Notes: generated from the letters alone by a model not told the origin. A DNA stretch of 64,000 nucleotides from Bacteroidales bacterium (GCA_007132225.1 SLPB01000045.1:11940-75939); one strand, 5' to 3'. Counted from the stretch's first letter, positions 29,591 through 40,602 are shown. A program made the numbers and translations.

Positions 29591-30646
29591 ATGATTAATA
29601 AACAAAAAACAAACCCAAATGAGTCACTACTGCTAAAAACCATGGCAGGGAAGAATACCGGCAGACCACCTTTCTGGTTCATGAGGCAGGCAGGCAGGGT
29701 CCTGCCTTCCTACAGGCTCCTTAAGGAAAAACACTCTCTGTGGGAGATGATGAGCACCCCGGAGACAGGGGCAAGTGTAACACTGCTTCCGGTCGATGAC
29801 CTGGGTGTGGATGCTGCCATTCTCTTTTCGGATATTCTCATGGTTCCCTATGCAATGGGAATGGGTTTTGAATTTACAGAAAACGGACCGGTGTTCTCTT
29901 CGCCGCTGGCAGGAAGCACCGACCCCCTTGCCAGGCTGAACCCTGACCCCTCAAAACTTGGTTTTGTCTACAACATAATCGACAAGGTGATGGCTGCCAA
30001 ACCAGAATCAATACCACTGATCGGTTTTTGCGGGGCACCTTTGACTGTGATGTGCTATATGATACAGGGTCTGGGAAAAAAAGCCGATTTCCCGGAAGCT
30101 GTGAAGTTTATGTATGAAAACAGATCCCTCACCCTGAAAATAATTGAAAGCGTTACCGAAGTTTCAATTGAGTATGTAAAGGGGCAGATCAAACATGGGA
30201 TAGATGTGTTCCAGCTTTTTGATACTCATTCAGGATTGCTGCCGGTAGATCTTTACAACGAATTGTTCATCCCGTCAATAAAAAAAATAGGCAGGGTAGT
30301 CAGAGAGAGTAATATCCCATTTATCTATTTTCCAAAAGGACTGGGGGTGGGGATTGAAACGGTAACTCCCGATATGTGCGATTATCTGAGCATAGACTGG
30401 CATATCCCCATAAAAAAGGCAAGAAAAATGGTCCACCCGGAAATAGGCCTTCAGGGCAATCTCGATCCGCGGTTGTTATACTCGAGCAAAGAGGAGATAG
30501 AGGTGCAGCTGGAAAAGTATATATATTTCGGCAAATCAAACCGGAACTGGATATTTAACCTTGGGCACGGGTTTATTAAAGACACCCCTTTTGAGAATGC
30601 AAAGTTTATGGCTGACTGGGTCAGGGAAGCGGACTGGAACAGGTAG
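29591..30646 (+). CDS. hemE: Uroporphyrinogen decarboxylase
   Basis: 351 aa. The P-x-W-x-MRQAGR signature is present (RPPFWFMRQAGRVLPSY). The rest is consistent with the URO-D family. Confidence 0.93.
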   Translation: MINKQKTNPNESLLLKTMAGKNTGRPPFWFMRQAGRVLPSYRLLKEKHSLWEMMSTPETGASVTLLPVDDLGVDAAILFSDILMVPYAMGMGFEFTENGPVFSSPLAGSTDPLARLNPDPSKLGFVYNIIDKVMAAKPESIPLIGFCGAPLTVMCYMIQGLGKKADFPEAVKFMYENRSLTLKIIESVTEVSIEYVKGQIKHGIDVFQLFDTHSGLLPVDLYNELFIPSIKKIGRVVRESNIPFIYFPKGLGVGIETVTPDMCDYLSIDWHIPIKKARKMVHPEIGLQGNLDPRLLYSSKEEIEVQLEKYIYFGKSNRNWIFNLGHGFIKDTPFENAKFMADWVREADWNR

Positions 30647-30741
30647 GGTGACAGCAATTAATACCTGTTGTCAACACATGTGCTGGTTTGCCACTAACAG
30701 GGATTGAAAAACTATCACCAACAACTATATGCAGTGACAAA

Positions 30742-32115
30742 ATGAATGAAAACCTGATAAAAAAATACAATACTCCGGTACCACGTTATACCAGCTATCC
30801 ACCTGCCAACTATTTTGAAGATACATTTTCGGCAGATGATTACCTGGCTGCGGTAAAACATTCGAATAACTGGCAACCGGAACAGGTTTCTATCTATTTT
30901 CACATCCCCTTTTGTAAAAAAATGTGTCATTACTGTGGCTGTAACTCTTGCCGGATTTCAGACGTGCAGAGTGTGAAACGCTATTTTAATACCCTAAAAA
31001 CCGAGCTGCGCATGGTTTCCGGACATATTGACAAAAACAGGAAAGTATCTCAGATCCATTTCGGGGGCGGAACACCAAATTCCGTTCCCCCTGGATATCT
31101 GGCTGAACTAATGAACCTGGTAAAGGAAAACTTTTCACTGAGTCACTCACCGGAAATAGCTGTCGAATGTAACCCGGCATACCTGGATGCTCCATACACC
31201 AAGAAATTGATAAAGGCGGGATTCAACCGTTTCAGCCTGGGAATCCAGGATTTTAACATCCATGTATTGAATAAGGTAAACAGGGATCAACCATTAATTC
31301 CCGTAACAGACCTGGTCTCTTATATCCGGTCGGAGAATCCGCAGGCAAGGGTAAATCTTGATTTTATTTACGGACTGCCCGGACAGACAAAAAAAGGATT
31401 TGAAGATACTATCAACAGGGCAATTGAGATCAAACCTGACAGGCTGGTCACTTTTTCATATGCTCATGTGCCCTGGGTAAACAAGGCGCAAAAAATACTT
31501 GAAAAGCAAGGATTGCCTGATAATGATGAAAAGGCAGCAATGTATCGGGTGGCGCATGAACAGATGACCACTAACGGTTATAAAGCAATCGGCCTTGACC
31601 ATTTTGTACTTGAGCAGGATGAGTTGTATAAGGCACTGGAATCCGGCAGGCTGCACCGCAATTTCCAGGGATACTGCACCAGGGAAACGACAGGTCAGGT
31701 TTATGCTTTCGGGGTTTCAGGCATAAGCCAGCTCCAGCGTGCATATGCACAAAACAGCAAATCAATCGACGAGTACACAGACTCGGTGGCCAGAGGTTTG
31801 CTCCCGGTAAAAAAAGGTTATGCCCTCAACAATGCAGAGATAATAATACGCGAAGTAATTACAACGCTGATGTGCAACAAACAGATAAACTGGCCCGGAT
31901 TGTCAAAGCAACTGGGAATCAGCGTACCTGAGATTCTGAATGCTGTCAGTTACAACCAGGATCTGCTCAGGCAGTTCAAAGAAGATGGCATTGTTGATTA
32001 TTCTGCCGATTCGATAAAAGTTACCAGGGAAGGCTCGCTTTTCATAAGAAACGTAGCAGCCCTGTTCGATCCGTTAATGGCCACCACTAATAACAAATTT
32101 TCCAGATCTTTCTGA
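30742..32115 (+). CDS. hemN: Oxygen-independent coproporphyrinogen III oxidase (radical SAM)
   Basis: It has the N-terminal HemN motif VPRYTSYPPANYF and the radical-SAM cluster motif PFCKKMCHYCGC. The track ORF begins at TTG 30688, but ATG 30742 fits the conserved N-terminus. Confidence 0.93.
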   Translation: MNENLIKKYNTPVPRYTSYPPANYFEDTFSADDYLAAVKHSNNWQPEQVSIYFHIPFCKKMCHYCGCNSCRISDVQSVKRYFNTLKTELRMVSGHIDKNRKVSQIHFGGGTPNSVPPGYLAELMNLVKENFSLSHSPEIAVECNPAYLDAPYTKKLIKAGFNRFSLGIQDFNIHVLNKVNRDQPLIPVTDLVSYIRSENPQARVNLDFIYGLPGQTKKGFEDTINRAIEIKPDRLVTFSYAHVPWVNKAQKILEKQGLPDNDEKAAMYRVAHEQMTTNGYKAIGLDHFVLEQDELYKALESGRLHRNFQGYCTRETTGQVYAFGVSGISQLQRAYAQNSKSIDEYTDSVARGLLPVKKGYALNNAEIIIREVITTLMCNKQINWPGLSKQLGISVPEILNAVSYNQDLLRQFKEDGIVDYSADSIKVTREGSLFIRNVAALFDPLMATTNNKFSRSF

Positions 32116-32117
32116 AA

Positions 32118-33509
32118 ATGAATAAGAATAATAATCCAGATGTAATAATCGCCGGAGCAGGCCTGACCGGACTCACTGCAGCCTGGCACCTGGGGAAGAT
32201 GGGCCTGGAGGTTGTTGTTCTTGAGAAGAATAACCGGCCGGGAGGGGTGATACAGACATTCAGGGAAGATGGCTTTGTTTTTGAAGCCGGTCCTAATACC
32301 GGGGTGCTCTCCCATCCGGAAGCAGCTGAGCTTTTTGAAGAGCTGGGGGATCTGTGTAAGCTTGAAATTGCAAACCCGGATGCTAAAAGAAGGCTAATAT
32401 GGAAATCAGGAGAGTGGCAGGCCCTTCCCGCAGGGCTGATCAGCGCAATTAAAACTCCATTATTTACCCCCGGTGATAAGCTCAGGATATTTAGCGAACC
32501 ATTCCGGCCAAAGGGGACAGATCCTTTTGAAACTCTGGAAAGACTTGTTTTGAGACGGCTTGGCAGAAGCTATCTGGATTATGCTGTTGATCCATTCATT
32601 TCAGGCATATACGCAGGTGATCCCTCCAAACTGGTTACCCGGTACGCCCTGCCAAAACTCTATGCACTTGAGCAGAATTATGGAAGCTTTATCGGGGGAG
32701 CCCTGAGAAAGAAGTTTGAGTCTGTTGATGAGAGAATGAAAAAAGCAACCAAAGATGTTTTTTCTGCTGAAGGGGGACTGAGTTCTCTTACAGATGGGCT
32801 TGCCGCCGGCATCGGGGCCGGCAGGATCGTGCTGAACGCAGAAAACACCATTGTTAATCCACATAAGGAAGGCTTCCGGGTAAATTACAGGACCGGAGGC
32901 CACAGCTTTGAAATTACAGCACCTTATGTTGTTTCAACTGTAGACAGCCAAATACTTCCCGGCCTCTTACCTTTTCTTCGGGAACAGGACCATTCAGACA
33001 TAACGCAACTTGAATATGCTGCAGTGACACAGGTGATAATGGGTTACAAAAACTGGAAGGGGATGGAGCTGAATGCTTTCGGGGGACTGGTTCCTTCAAA
33101 AGAACAAAGGGATATTCTCGGGGTACTGTTCACATCCTCCTTTCTTAATAACAGGGCGCCGGAAGACGGAGCACTGTTATCGGTCTTCCTTGGTGGCTGC
33201 AAGAGGCCCGGCCTGGCGGACCTGGAAGAGGACAAGTTGAAGGCGCTGGTGTACAAAGAGATTCAGGAGATGCTCCGGGTTAAAGACCCTGAGCCGGACA
33301 TTTTTCGGATATTCCGCTATAAAAGAGCCATACCGCAATACGGAAGATCATCTGAAAAGAGGTTAAAGGCTATAAGTAATATTGAAAATAAATATAGTGG
33401 ACTAGTCCTGGCAGGCGCAATTCGTGACGGCATCGGTATGGCCGACAGGATCAGGCAGGCTAAAAATATTGCAGAGGTAATAGCAAAAGATAAAGCTGCA
33501 AAGATATAG
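32118..33509 (+). CDS. hemY: FAD-dependent protoporphyrinogen oxidase (HemY/PgoX type)
   Basis: 463 aa. It has the dinucleotide-binding motif VIIAGAGLTGLTAA...VLEKNNRPGG and lies between hemN and hemH. No hemQ/chdC gene is in the window. Confidence 0.85.
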   Translation: MNKNNNPDVIIAGAGLTGLTAAWHLGKMGLEVVVLEKNNRPGGVIQTFREDGFVFEAGPNTGVLSHPEAAELFEELGDLCKLEIANPDAKRRLIWKSGEWQALPAGLISAIKTPLFTPGDKLRIFSEPFRPKGTDPFETLERLVLRRLGRSYLDYAVDPFISGIYAGDPSKLVTRYALPKLYALEQNYGSFIGGALRKKFESVDERMKKATKDVFSAEGGLSSLTDGLAAGIGAGRIVLNAENTIVNPHKEGFRVNYRTGGHSFEITAPYVVSTVDSQILPGLLPFLREQDHSDITQLEYAAVTQVIMGYKNWKGMELNAFGGLVPSKEQRDILGVLFTSSFLNNRAPEDGALLSVFLGGCKRPGLADLEEDKLKALVYKEIQEMLRVKDPEPDIFRIFRYKRAIPQYGRSSEKRLKAISNIENKYSGLVLAGAIRDGIGMADRIRQAKNIAEVIAKDKAAKI

Positions 33510-33601
33510 TCAGTGTCGCAAAAGATAACGGGCAAATTCATTCAGACATTATGCACCGGCATTTACAGGTAATTGCATTTTACCATTAAACAGGCTCTTG
33601 T

Positions 33602-34627
33602 ATGAGTTATTCAAAGACTGCTGTAGTATTGATCAATGTAGGAACACCTGATTCAACCTCGGTAAAGGATGTTAGGAAATATCTTTCCGGTTTTCTGAAC
33701 GATCCAAGGGTAATAGATATTCCATGGCTCCTGCGAAAGCTACTGGTAAATTTGATCATTGTTCCTTTCCGGGCTCCAAAATCCGCAAGGCACTACAGGT
33801 TGCTGTGGACAGACAATGGATCACCCCTGCTCTATTATGGTATAAGTGTAAAGGAAAAACTGCAGGATCAGCTTGGCAATAATTTCCGGGTATTCCTGGC
33901 GATGCGCTATGGGAACCCCAACCTTAAAAAAGTGCTCTCAGAGATCAACGCAACAGGTTATTCAAATATCATTGTGTTGCCTCTCTATCCCCATTATGCA
34001 TCTTCAACAACCGGAACGGCCGTGGAAATGATCATGCAGCAGGTAATGAACTGGGAAGTTATTCCGGGAATTCAATTTATTAACCAGTATTATGATAACA
34101 AGGAATTTATTGATGTCTGGGTAAAAAAAATCAAATCGTGTAATTACCGGGAATACGATCATATTGTCTTCTCATACCATGGTTTACCCCTCAGGCAGCT
34201 TAACAAGATCCATCCTGGTATTGACTCCTCCACATGTACCTGTAAAATTAAGATGCCTGAACACGGCAAATACTGTTATAAAGCAACATGTTATGAAACC
34301 ACCAGGCTAATTGCAGCAAAGCTCGGGCTAGAAGAGAAAGACTATTCTGTCAGTTTCCAGTCCAGGTTTTCTGATAACTGGATGAAACCTTTTACTGACG
34401 AACTGCTTAAGCGTAAGGCAAAGGAGGGGGTAAGCAATATCCTGATGATTGCCCCTGCATTTGTTGCCGATTGTCTTGAGACTACAGTTGAAATAGGAAT
34501 TCAATACAGGGATCTGTTTATAAAATCGGGGGGCAATAAGCTTCATTATGCGGGAAGTCTAAACGATATGCCGGAATGGATCAATGTCCTGAAAAACATA
34601 ATCATGATACCGCGTAAATCAATATAA
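33602..34627 (+). CDS. hemH: Ferrochelatase
   Basis: 341 aa. Ferrochelatase family motifs: LINVGTPDS, PLYPHYASSTTG, FSYHGLP. Confidence 0.93.
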   Translation: MSYSKTAVVLINVGTPDSTSVKDVRKYLSGFLNDPRVIDIPWLLRKLLVNLIIVPFRAPKSARHYRLLWTDNGSPLLYYGISVKEKLQDQLGNNFRVFLAMRYGNPNLKKVLSEINATGYSNIIVLPLYPHYASSTTGTAVEMIMQQVMNWEVIPGIQFINQYYDNKEFIDVWVKKIKSCNYREYDHIVFSYHGLPLRQLNKIHPGIDSSTCTCKIKMPEHGKYCYKATCYETTRLIAAKLGLEEKDYSVSFQSRFSDNWMKPFTDELLKRKAKEGVSNILMIAPAFVADCLETTVEIGIQYRDLFIKSGGNKLHYAGSLNDMPEWINVLKNIIMIPRKSI

Positions 34628-34639
34628 TGCCGGCAAATA

Positions 34640-34963
34640 TCAAAGAAGCCCCAGATCCAGCAGTGCCTCTTCACTCATCATGCTCTTGTCCCATGGCGGC
34701 TCAAAAACCAGGTTTATAACAAGATCATCAACCCCTTCGATATCCCTTATCTTTTCATTTATCTCGGCCATCAACTCATCTACCATAGGGCAGTTGGGGG
34801 CTGTGAGGGTCATAACAATCTCCACTTTCCCTTCATCTTCAACGATTATTTCATAAATAAGACCAAGGTCGTGTATATTAACCGGAATCTCCGGGTCATA
34901 TATAGTTTTAAGAACAGCCTCTATCTTACTTTCAAGTTCAGGATAATTATTTTGTGATTCCAT
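34640..34963 (-). CDS. SUF-associated DUF59/MIP18 family Fe-S assembly protein (SufT-like)
   Basis: 107 aa. It has the motifs DPEIPVNIHDLGLIY and LTAPNCPM with the conserved Cys. It is the last gene of the suf operon. Confidence 0.8.
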   Translation of the reverse strand: MESQNNYPELESKIEAVLKTIYDPEIPVNIHDLGLIYEIIVEDEGKVEIVMTLTAPNCPMVDELMAEINEKIRDIEGVDDLVINLVFEPPWDKSMMSEEALLDLGLL

Positions 34964-34968
34964 AGTTA

Positions 34969-35406
34969 TTATTTCTTACTGCTTTTGGCCTGCCAGGCCA
35001 GAGCATAAAGTTTCATCTGCTTTATCATTGCAACCAGTCCGTTCGACCTGGTAGGAGAAAGATTTTCCTTTAACCCGATTCTATCAATGAAATAAAGTTC
35101 GGTATTAATTATCTCCTCCGGCGTCCTTCCAGAGAGAACGCGTATAAGGAGAGCTATAATGCCTTTGGTAATAACAGCATCACTGTCGGCAGTATAAACA
35201 ACCTTTCTGTCTTCCATCTCTGCCCTGAGCCAAACCCTCGACTGGCAGCCTTCAATCAGGTATTGCGGTTTTTTGTATTCTTCATCAACAACAGGAAGAG
35301 ACTTGCTGATGTCTATAAGGTAGTTATACTTATCCAGCCAGTCCTCAAAAACCTCAAACTCATCAATGATCTCATCCTGAATTTCCGTAATTGTTTTTTC
35401 TGCCAT
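34969..35406 (-). CDS. sufE: Cysteine desulfuration protein SufE
   Basis: SufE family, with the conserved persulfide Cys context IEGCQSRVW. The track ORF starts at TTG 35412, but ATG 35406 is more likely. Confidence 0.85.
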   Translation of the reverse strand: MAEKTITEIQDEIIDEFEVFEDWLDKYNYLIDISKSLPVVDEEYKKPQYLIEGCQSRVWLRAEMEDRKVVYTADSDAVITKGIIALLIRVLSGRTPEEIINTELYFIDRIGLKENLSPTRSNGLVAMIKQMKLYALAWQAKSSKK

Positions 35407-35412
35407 AATCAA

Positions 35413-36633
35413 TCAGCTAAACATTTCTTTTACTTTTTCAACTGCTTCGCAAAGACGGTCTATCTCTTTACGGGTGTTATAAAAGGCCAGTGAAGCCCTT
35501 ACAGTTCCACCTATCCCGAATCTCTCCATAATGGGCTGGGCACAATGATTACCGGTGCGTACAGCTATACCATGCTTATCAATTATCATGCCGGCATCAT
35601 AGGGATGTATGCCTTTAAGAACAAAGGAAAGCACACCAATTTTTTCTTTTGCCCTGCCAAAAAGATATAACCCTTCAATCTCAGAAAGACGGCGGGTTCC
35701 ATATTCCAGGAGATCCTTTTCATATGCAGCGATCTCATCGAGCCCTTTCTCTTTTAAATATTCCATTGCAGCTCCCATGCCTATAGCCCCGATGTAGTTA
35801 GGTGTACCGGCTTCAAATTTAAAAGGAAGAGAGTTAAATGTTGTTTTTTCAAAACTTACCTGGTCGACCATTTCGCCACCGGTCTGGTAAGGGGGAATCT
35901 CTTCCAGAATCCCCTCTTTCCCGTACAAAACTCCAATACCGGTTGGCCCATACATTTTATGGCCGGAAAAAACATAAAAATCCGCATCCAGCTCCTGCAC
36001 ATCAACTCTTAAATGCTGAATGGCCTGGGCCCCGTCAATAAGAACAGGTACACCTTGACTATGAGCGATTTCAATTATCTGCTTTACCGGGTTTACGGTG
36101 CCAATTGAATTTGCAACATGGGTGACCGCAACAATGCGTGTTCTTGGAGAAAGGAGTTTCCTGTATTCCTCAAGCAGAAGTTCACCATTGTCATTCATGG
36201 GAATAACCCGGAGTTTTGCCTTTTTCCTTTCACAAAGCATCTGCCATGGAACAATATTGGCATGATGTTCAATGGCAGAGATAATGATCTCATCCCCCCT
36301 CCTGATAACTTTCTCTCCAAGAGTGTAAGCAACCAGGTTAATGCCCGCTGTAGTTCCCGGCGTGAATATTATCTCATGATCATGGCGTGCATTGATGAAA
36401 TTCCGGACAGTTTCCCTGGCAGCTTCAAAATCATTTGTTGTAATATCGCTGAGATAATGAACACCCCGGTGAATATTACTGTTGGTTTCCCTGTAAACCT
36501 TATCCATCCTCTCAATAACCTTCAGTGGTTTCTGGGTGGTGGCTGCATTATCAAAGTATACAAAAGGCCTGTTGTGAACCTTACGCTGGAGAATGGGAAA
36601 ATCGTTCCTTATATTATTGATATCAAAAGTCAA
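35413..36633 (-). CDS. sufS: Cysteine desulfurase SufS (class II)
   Basis: 406 aa. It has the PLP-Lys region FSGHKMYGPTGIG and the catalytic Cys loop RTGNHCAQP. Confidence 0.95.
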   Translation of the reverse strand: MTFDINNIRNDFPILQRKVHNRPFVYFDNAATTQKPLKVIERMDKVYRETNSNIHRGVHYLSDITTNDFEAARETVRNFINARHDHEIIFTPGTTAGINLVAYTLGEKVIRRGDEIIISAIEHHANIVPWQMLCERKKAKLRVIPMNDNGELLLEEYRKLLSPRTRIVAVTHVANSIGTVNPVKQIIEIAHSQGVPVLIDGAQAIQHLRVDVQELDADFYVFSGHKMYGPTGIGVLYGKEGILEEIPPYQTGGEMVDQVSFEKTTFNSLPFKFEAGTPNYIGAIGMGAAMEYLKEKGLDEIAAYEKDLLEYGTRRLSEIEGLYLFGRAKEKIGVLSFVLKGIHPYDAGMIIDKHGIAVRTGNHCAQPIMERFGIGGTVRASLAFYNTRKEIDRLCEAVEKVKEMFS

Positions 36634-36753
36634 AATAAATTATTTTCTAAAACATCCATAAAAAAAGTTTCAAGCACAGTTATAATCATAAAAAGGAAGT
36701 TCCGCGCGGTAATACAAGATCAAAATATAACAGGTATATAAAATTACAAAATT

Positions 36754-38121
36754 CTATCCGCACTGCATTGCACAATTGTTGCAGCGGCTAAGTTCCCCGC
36801 GGAGCCGTTTGTTAACCAGATCGTCTATTCTCTCCTGCAAAGCCGGAACTTTAATGTTTTGAATTACCTCATGGGCAAAAGCAAACATGAGCAATAGCCG
36901 TGATTCACGATGGTTGATCCCCCTTGAACGAAGGTAAAAAAGAGCACTTTCGTCGAGTTGCCCCATAGTTGATCCGTGACTGCACTTAACATCGTCGGCA
37001 TATATTTCAAGTTGCGGATGAGAATACATTTTGGCATCATCAGTCAGCAATATATTGTTATTTGACTGGTAAGCATTTGTTTTTTGTGCATCGCGCCGAA
37101 CCAGTATCCGGCCGGTAAACGAACCTGAAGCATAATCATCAAGGACACCTTTATACAGCTGGTTGCTGAAACAATTGGCACTTGCATGGTCAATGTGTAC
37201 AAAATTGTCAATATACTGCCCCTTATCGGACAAATACAAGCCCGTACTTTGATTTTCGGCATGTTCGCCGTTCAAAGTGACAAACAGGTTATTCCTTATA
37301 AATCCCCCATGCAGGGATATGGTGCTCGCAGAGAGCCTGGACCTGGTTTCCTGGTGACTGAAGGAGTGTGTGATCTGGGCAGAACCATTATGCTCATTTT
37401 GTATACGGGTCAGACTTACCTGAGCCCCTTCAGCGGTATAAACCTCATTTACTGAATTGGTAAGGAACCGTTGTGCAGAAAGGCTGTGATCACAAACAAC
37501 AATTTTCATTTCTGAATCCTTTTCAGCAATAAAAAGGTTCCTGTGCTGGGCCATCAGGTCATTATCGGATATCATTATGTTTACAACCTGCACGGGCTTT
37601 TCAACTTTAACCCCTTTGGGAACATAAATAAATATTCCATCCTGTGCAAAAGCAGTGTTTAGAGCCACCAAACCATCCTTTGAGCCAATTGCATAGTTAT
37701 TGTAATGTTTTTCTATAATATCCGGATATTTTCTGGATGCTTCGGCCAGGCTACCCGCAATAATTCCACCGGGAAGCTCTTTAATCAATTGTCCATCATT
37801 GTAATACCGCCCGTTTACCAAAAGGAGAAGATTAGTGTCAAGGTCAGGAACATCGCAATGAAAAATATCACGAATATCTATGCTCACCTTGTTTTCTCCA
37901 AACTGTTTTTCAAGGTCATTCCTGAAAACGGATTCAATATCAGCATAACGATACTCTTCGCTTCCCTTAACGGGAAAACCTAGCTGCCCTAGCCGTTTTA
38001 CGGCAAAATCCCTGTGAGTATTCAACAGGGGAGCAGAATTGGCAGATATCTCATCCGCCCTGTCTCTGTACAAATTGAGAAACTGATCCGTAAGAGATTT
38101 TTTTTCAGCTATAGTACTCAT
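36754..38121 (-). CDS. sufD: Fe-S cluster assembly protein SufD
   Basis: 455 aa. It has a SufB/SufD family beta-helix core and the C-terminal motif HGSTMGQLDESALFYLRSRG. It sits between sufC and sufS. Confidence 0.9.
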   Translation of the reverse strand: MSTIAEKKSLTDQFLNLYRDRADEISANSAPLLNTHRDFAVKRLGQLGFPVKGSEEYRYADIESVFRNDLEKQFGENKVSIDIRDIFHCDVPDLDTNLLLLVNGRYYNDGQLIKELPGGIIAGSLAEASRKYPDIIEKHYNNYAIGSKDGLVALNTAFAQDGIFIYVPKGVKVEKPVQVVNIMISDNDLMAQHRNLFIAEKDSEMKIVVCDHSLSAQRFLTNSVNEVYTAEGAQVSLTRIQNEHNGSAQITHSFSHQETRSRLSASTISLHGGFIRNNLFVTLNGEHAENQSTGLYLSDKGQYIDNFVHIDHASANCFSNQLYKGVLDDYASGSFTGRILVRRDAQKTNAYQSNNNILLTDDAKMYSHPQLEIYADDVKCSHGSTMGQLDESALFYLRSRGINHRESRLLLMFAFAHEVIQNIKVPALQERIDDLVNKRLRGELSRCNNCAMQCG

Positions 38122-38150
38122 ATCTTTTTTTTTCTGAACTTACCATGTAA

Positions 38151-38906
38151 TCAAAGATTAACCTCTCCCTGGCGTATCAATTCATAACCCTTCTCCTCCA
38201 GCAAAACAGCAAGTTCTTTTCCTCCTGATCTTACAATTCTGCCCCTATATAATATATGCACAAAATCGGGTACTATGTAGTCAAGCAACCGCTGGTAATG
38301 CGTAATTACAATAGTCGCACTATCAGGTGATTTAAGATTGTTAACTCCCCTGGCCACAACTTTAAGCGCATCTATATCAAGGCCGGAATCGGTCTCATCG
38401 AGAATAGCAAGTTTTGGTTCAAGCATAGCCATTTGAAAAATCTCATTCTTCTTCTTTTCCCCCCCGGAAAAGCCCTCATTTACAGATCTGTTGGTCAGGG
38501 AAGAATCAATCTCGACCAGTTCTTTTTTCTCTCTCATTTTTTTCAGAAACTCGGAAGCTGAAAGCGGTTTTTCCCCCCTGTGCTTGCGCATCTCATTAAT
38601 GGCTGTTTTCATAAAGTTCACCATGCTTACACCTGGTATCTCTATGGGATACTGGAACCCGAGGAACAAACCCTCTTTGGCACGCTCTTCGGGAGACTTA
38701 TCCAGAAGATTTTCCCCGTTATACATGATGCTTCCTGAATCAACACTGAAAAGATCCCTGCCTGCAAGTATAGATGCCAGGGTGCTTTTCCCGGACCCGT
38801 TAGGACCCATAATGGCATGAACTTCACCCGCTTTAACTTCCAGGCTGACTCCTTTAAGTATTTTCAGCCCCTCAATCGAAGCTACTAAGTCTTTGATAAC
38901 TAACAT
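38151..38906 (-). CDS. sufC: Fe-S cluster assembly ATPase SufC
   Basis: It has Walker A GPNGSGKST, the ABC signature FSGGEKKK and Walker B LAILDETDSGLD. ATG 38906 (MLVIKDL...) fits the family N-terminus better than the track start at 38957. Confidence 0.95.
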   Translation of the reverse strand: MLVIKDLVASIEGLKILKGVSLEVKAGEVHAIMGPNGSGKSTLASILAGRDLFSVDSGSIMYNGENLLDKSPEERAKEGLFLGFQYPIEIPGVSMVNFMKTAINEMRKHRGEKPLSASEFLKKMREKKELVEIDSSLTNRSVNEGFSGGEKKKNEIFQMAMLEPKLAILDETDSGLDIDALKVVARGVNNLKSPDSATIVITHYQRLLDYIVPDFVHILYRGRIVRSGGKELAVLLEEKGYELIRQGEVNL

Positions 38907-39003
38907 TATATTAAATATTTGTATAATTTTTATTTGAAAAAAACTACGATAGAACAATTTTCTATTTTAATGGTCATTGCATTGGGAAATAGATGCAGCA
39001 TTA

Positions 39004-40452
39004 TCAGCCGACACTTCCTTCAAGGCTTATTTGCAGAAGCTTTTGTGCTTCTACTGCGAACTCCATTGGAAGTTTATTCAGCACCTCCTTGGCATAGCCA
39101 TTTATTATAAGCCCTATGGCATCTTCCGTTGCAATTCCGCGCTGATTGCAATAAAAGATCTGATCCTCGCCTATCTTGGAGGTGGTGGCTTCATGCTCAA
39201 TGATAGCGGACTGGTTACCAGATTCAATGTAAGGAAAGGTATGTGCCCCGCATTTATCACCAAGCAGAAGAGAGTCACACTGGCTGAAATTTCTTGCATT
39301 CTGAGCTCCGGGTAAAACCTTTACCAATCCCCGGTAACTGTTATTACTCACCCCTGCGCTTATACCCTTGGATACAATAATACTTTTGCTGTTCTCCCCT
39401 ATGTGTATCATTTTGGTGCCGGTATCGGCCTGTTGATGATTATTGGTCACGGCAACCGAATAAAACTCTCCTGTAGTATTTTTCCCCCTTAGTATACAGC
39501 TGGGATACTTCCAGGTAATTGCAGAGCCGGTTTCAACCTGGGTCCAGGATATCTTTGAATTGTCCCCTTTACATATGCCCCGCTTGGTTACAAAATTGTA
39601 AACTCCCCCTTTCCCCTCCTTGTTACCCGGGTACCAATTCTGAACAGTTGCATATTTGACCTCTGCACTCTCCATTGCAACTATTTCAACAATGGCAGCA
39701 TGCAGCTGGTTCTCATCCCGCATGGGAGCTGTGCATCCTTCCATGTAACTTACATAACTGTTATCTTCAGCCACAATCAATGTTCGCTCAAACTGCCCGG
39801 TATTTGCAGCATTGATTCTAAAATAGGTAGAGAGTTCCATCGGGCACCTGACTCCTTTGGGAATATAACAAAATGATCCGTCACTGAATACTGCAGAGTT
39901 CAATGCTGCAAAATAATTATCGGTATAGGGTACAACCGAACCCATATACTTTTTAATCAGATCGGGGTACTCTCTTACCGCTTCACTGAATGAACAAAAA
40001 ATGATTCCCCGTTCGGCAAGTGTCTCCTTAAAGGTTGTCTTGACAGAAACACTGTCCATCACCGCGTCTACAGCAACTCCCGAAAGATGCTTCTGTTCCT
40101 CCAGGGGTATTCCCAGCTTATTGAAAGTTTCCAGGAGATCCGGATCAACTTCATCCAGACTGGTCAGCTTTGCCTTTTGTTTGGGGGCAGAATAATAAAT
40201 CTTGTCCTGGTAATCTATTTCAGGTATATTCAAATGAGCCCATAGGGGCATTTTCATTGTTAGCCAGTGGCGATATGCCTTTAGCCTGAATTCCATCATG
40301 AATTCAGGCTCATTCTTTTTAGCCGAGATCATTCTTATTACATCCTCACTTAATCCCCTGGCAATTGAGTCCTGTTCAATATCGGTATAAAAACCATATT
40401 TATACTCACCGGAGGTTAAGTCTCCAAGTATCTGGTCCTGTTCCTTTTGCAT
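39004..40452 (-). CDS. sufB: Fe-S cluster assembly scaffold SufB
   Basis: From ATG 40452 (MQKEQDQ...YKYGF...) it gives a 482-aa SufB of normal length. The extra 63 upstream codons in the track ORF look like a stop-free AT-rich run. Confidence 0.95.
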   Translation of the reverse strand: MQKEQDQILGDLTSGEYKYGFYTDIEQDSIARGLSEDVIRMISAKKNEPEFMMEFRLKAYRHWLTMKMPLWAHLNIPEIDYQDKIYYSAPKQKAKLTSLDEVDPDLLETFNKLGIPLEEQKHLSGVAVDAVMDSVSVKTTFKETLAERGIIFCSFSEAVREYPDLIKKYMGSVVPYTDNYFAALNSAVFSDGSFCYIPKGVRCPMELSTYFRINAANTGQFERTLIVAEDNSYVSYMEGCTAPMRDENQLHAAIVEIVAMESAEVKYATVQNWYPGNKEGKGGVYNFVTKRGICKGDNSKISWTQVETGSAITWKYPSCILRGKNTTGEFYSVAVTNNHQQADTGTKMIHIGENSKSIIVSKGISAGVSNNSYRGLVKVLPGAQNARNFSQCDSLLLGDKCGAHTFPYIESGNQSAIIEHEATTSKIGEDQIFYCNQRGIATEDAIGLIINGYAKEVLNKLPMEFAVEAQKLLQISLEGSVG

Positions 40453-40602
40453 ATAAACTGATAACCTTTCATTTATTATTAAAAAAGATTGTAATACCTT
40501 TGCATTTGGCTCGCTCCAAGACTTATTCAGCGTGATAATTCCCTGCAGAGCCAGGAATGCCTTTGGAATTAATCTAAATAAGTGCAAAGTTAGTAAAAAT
40601 AG

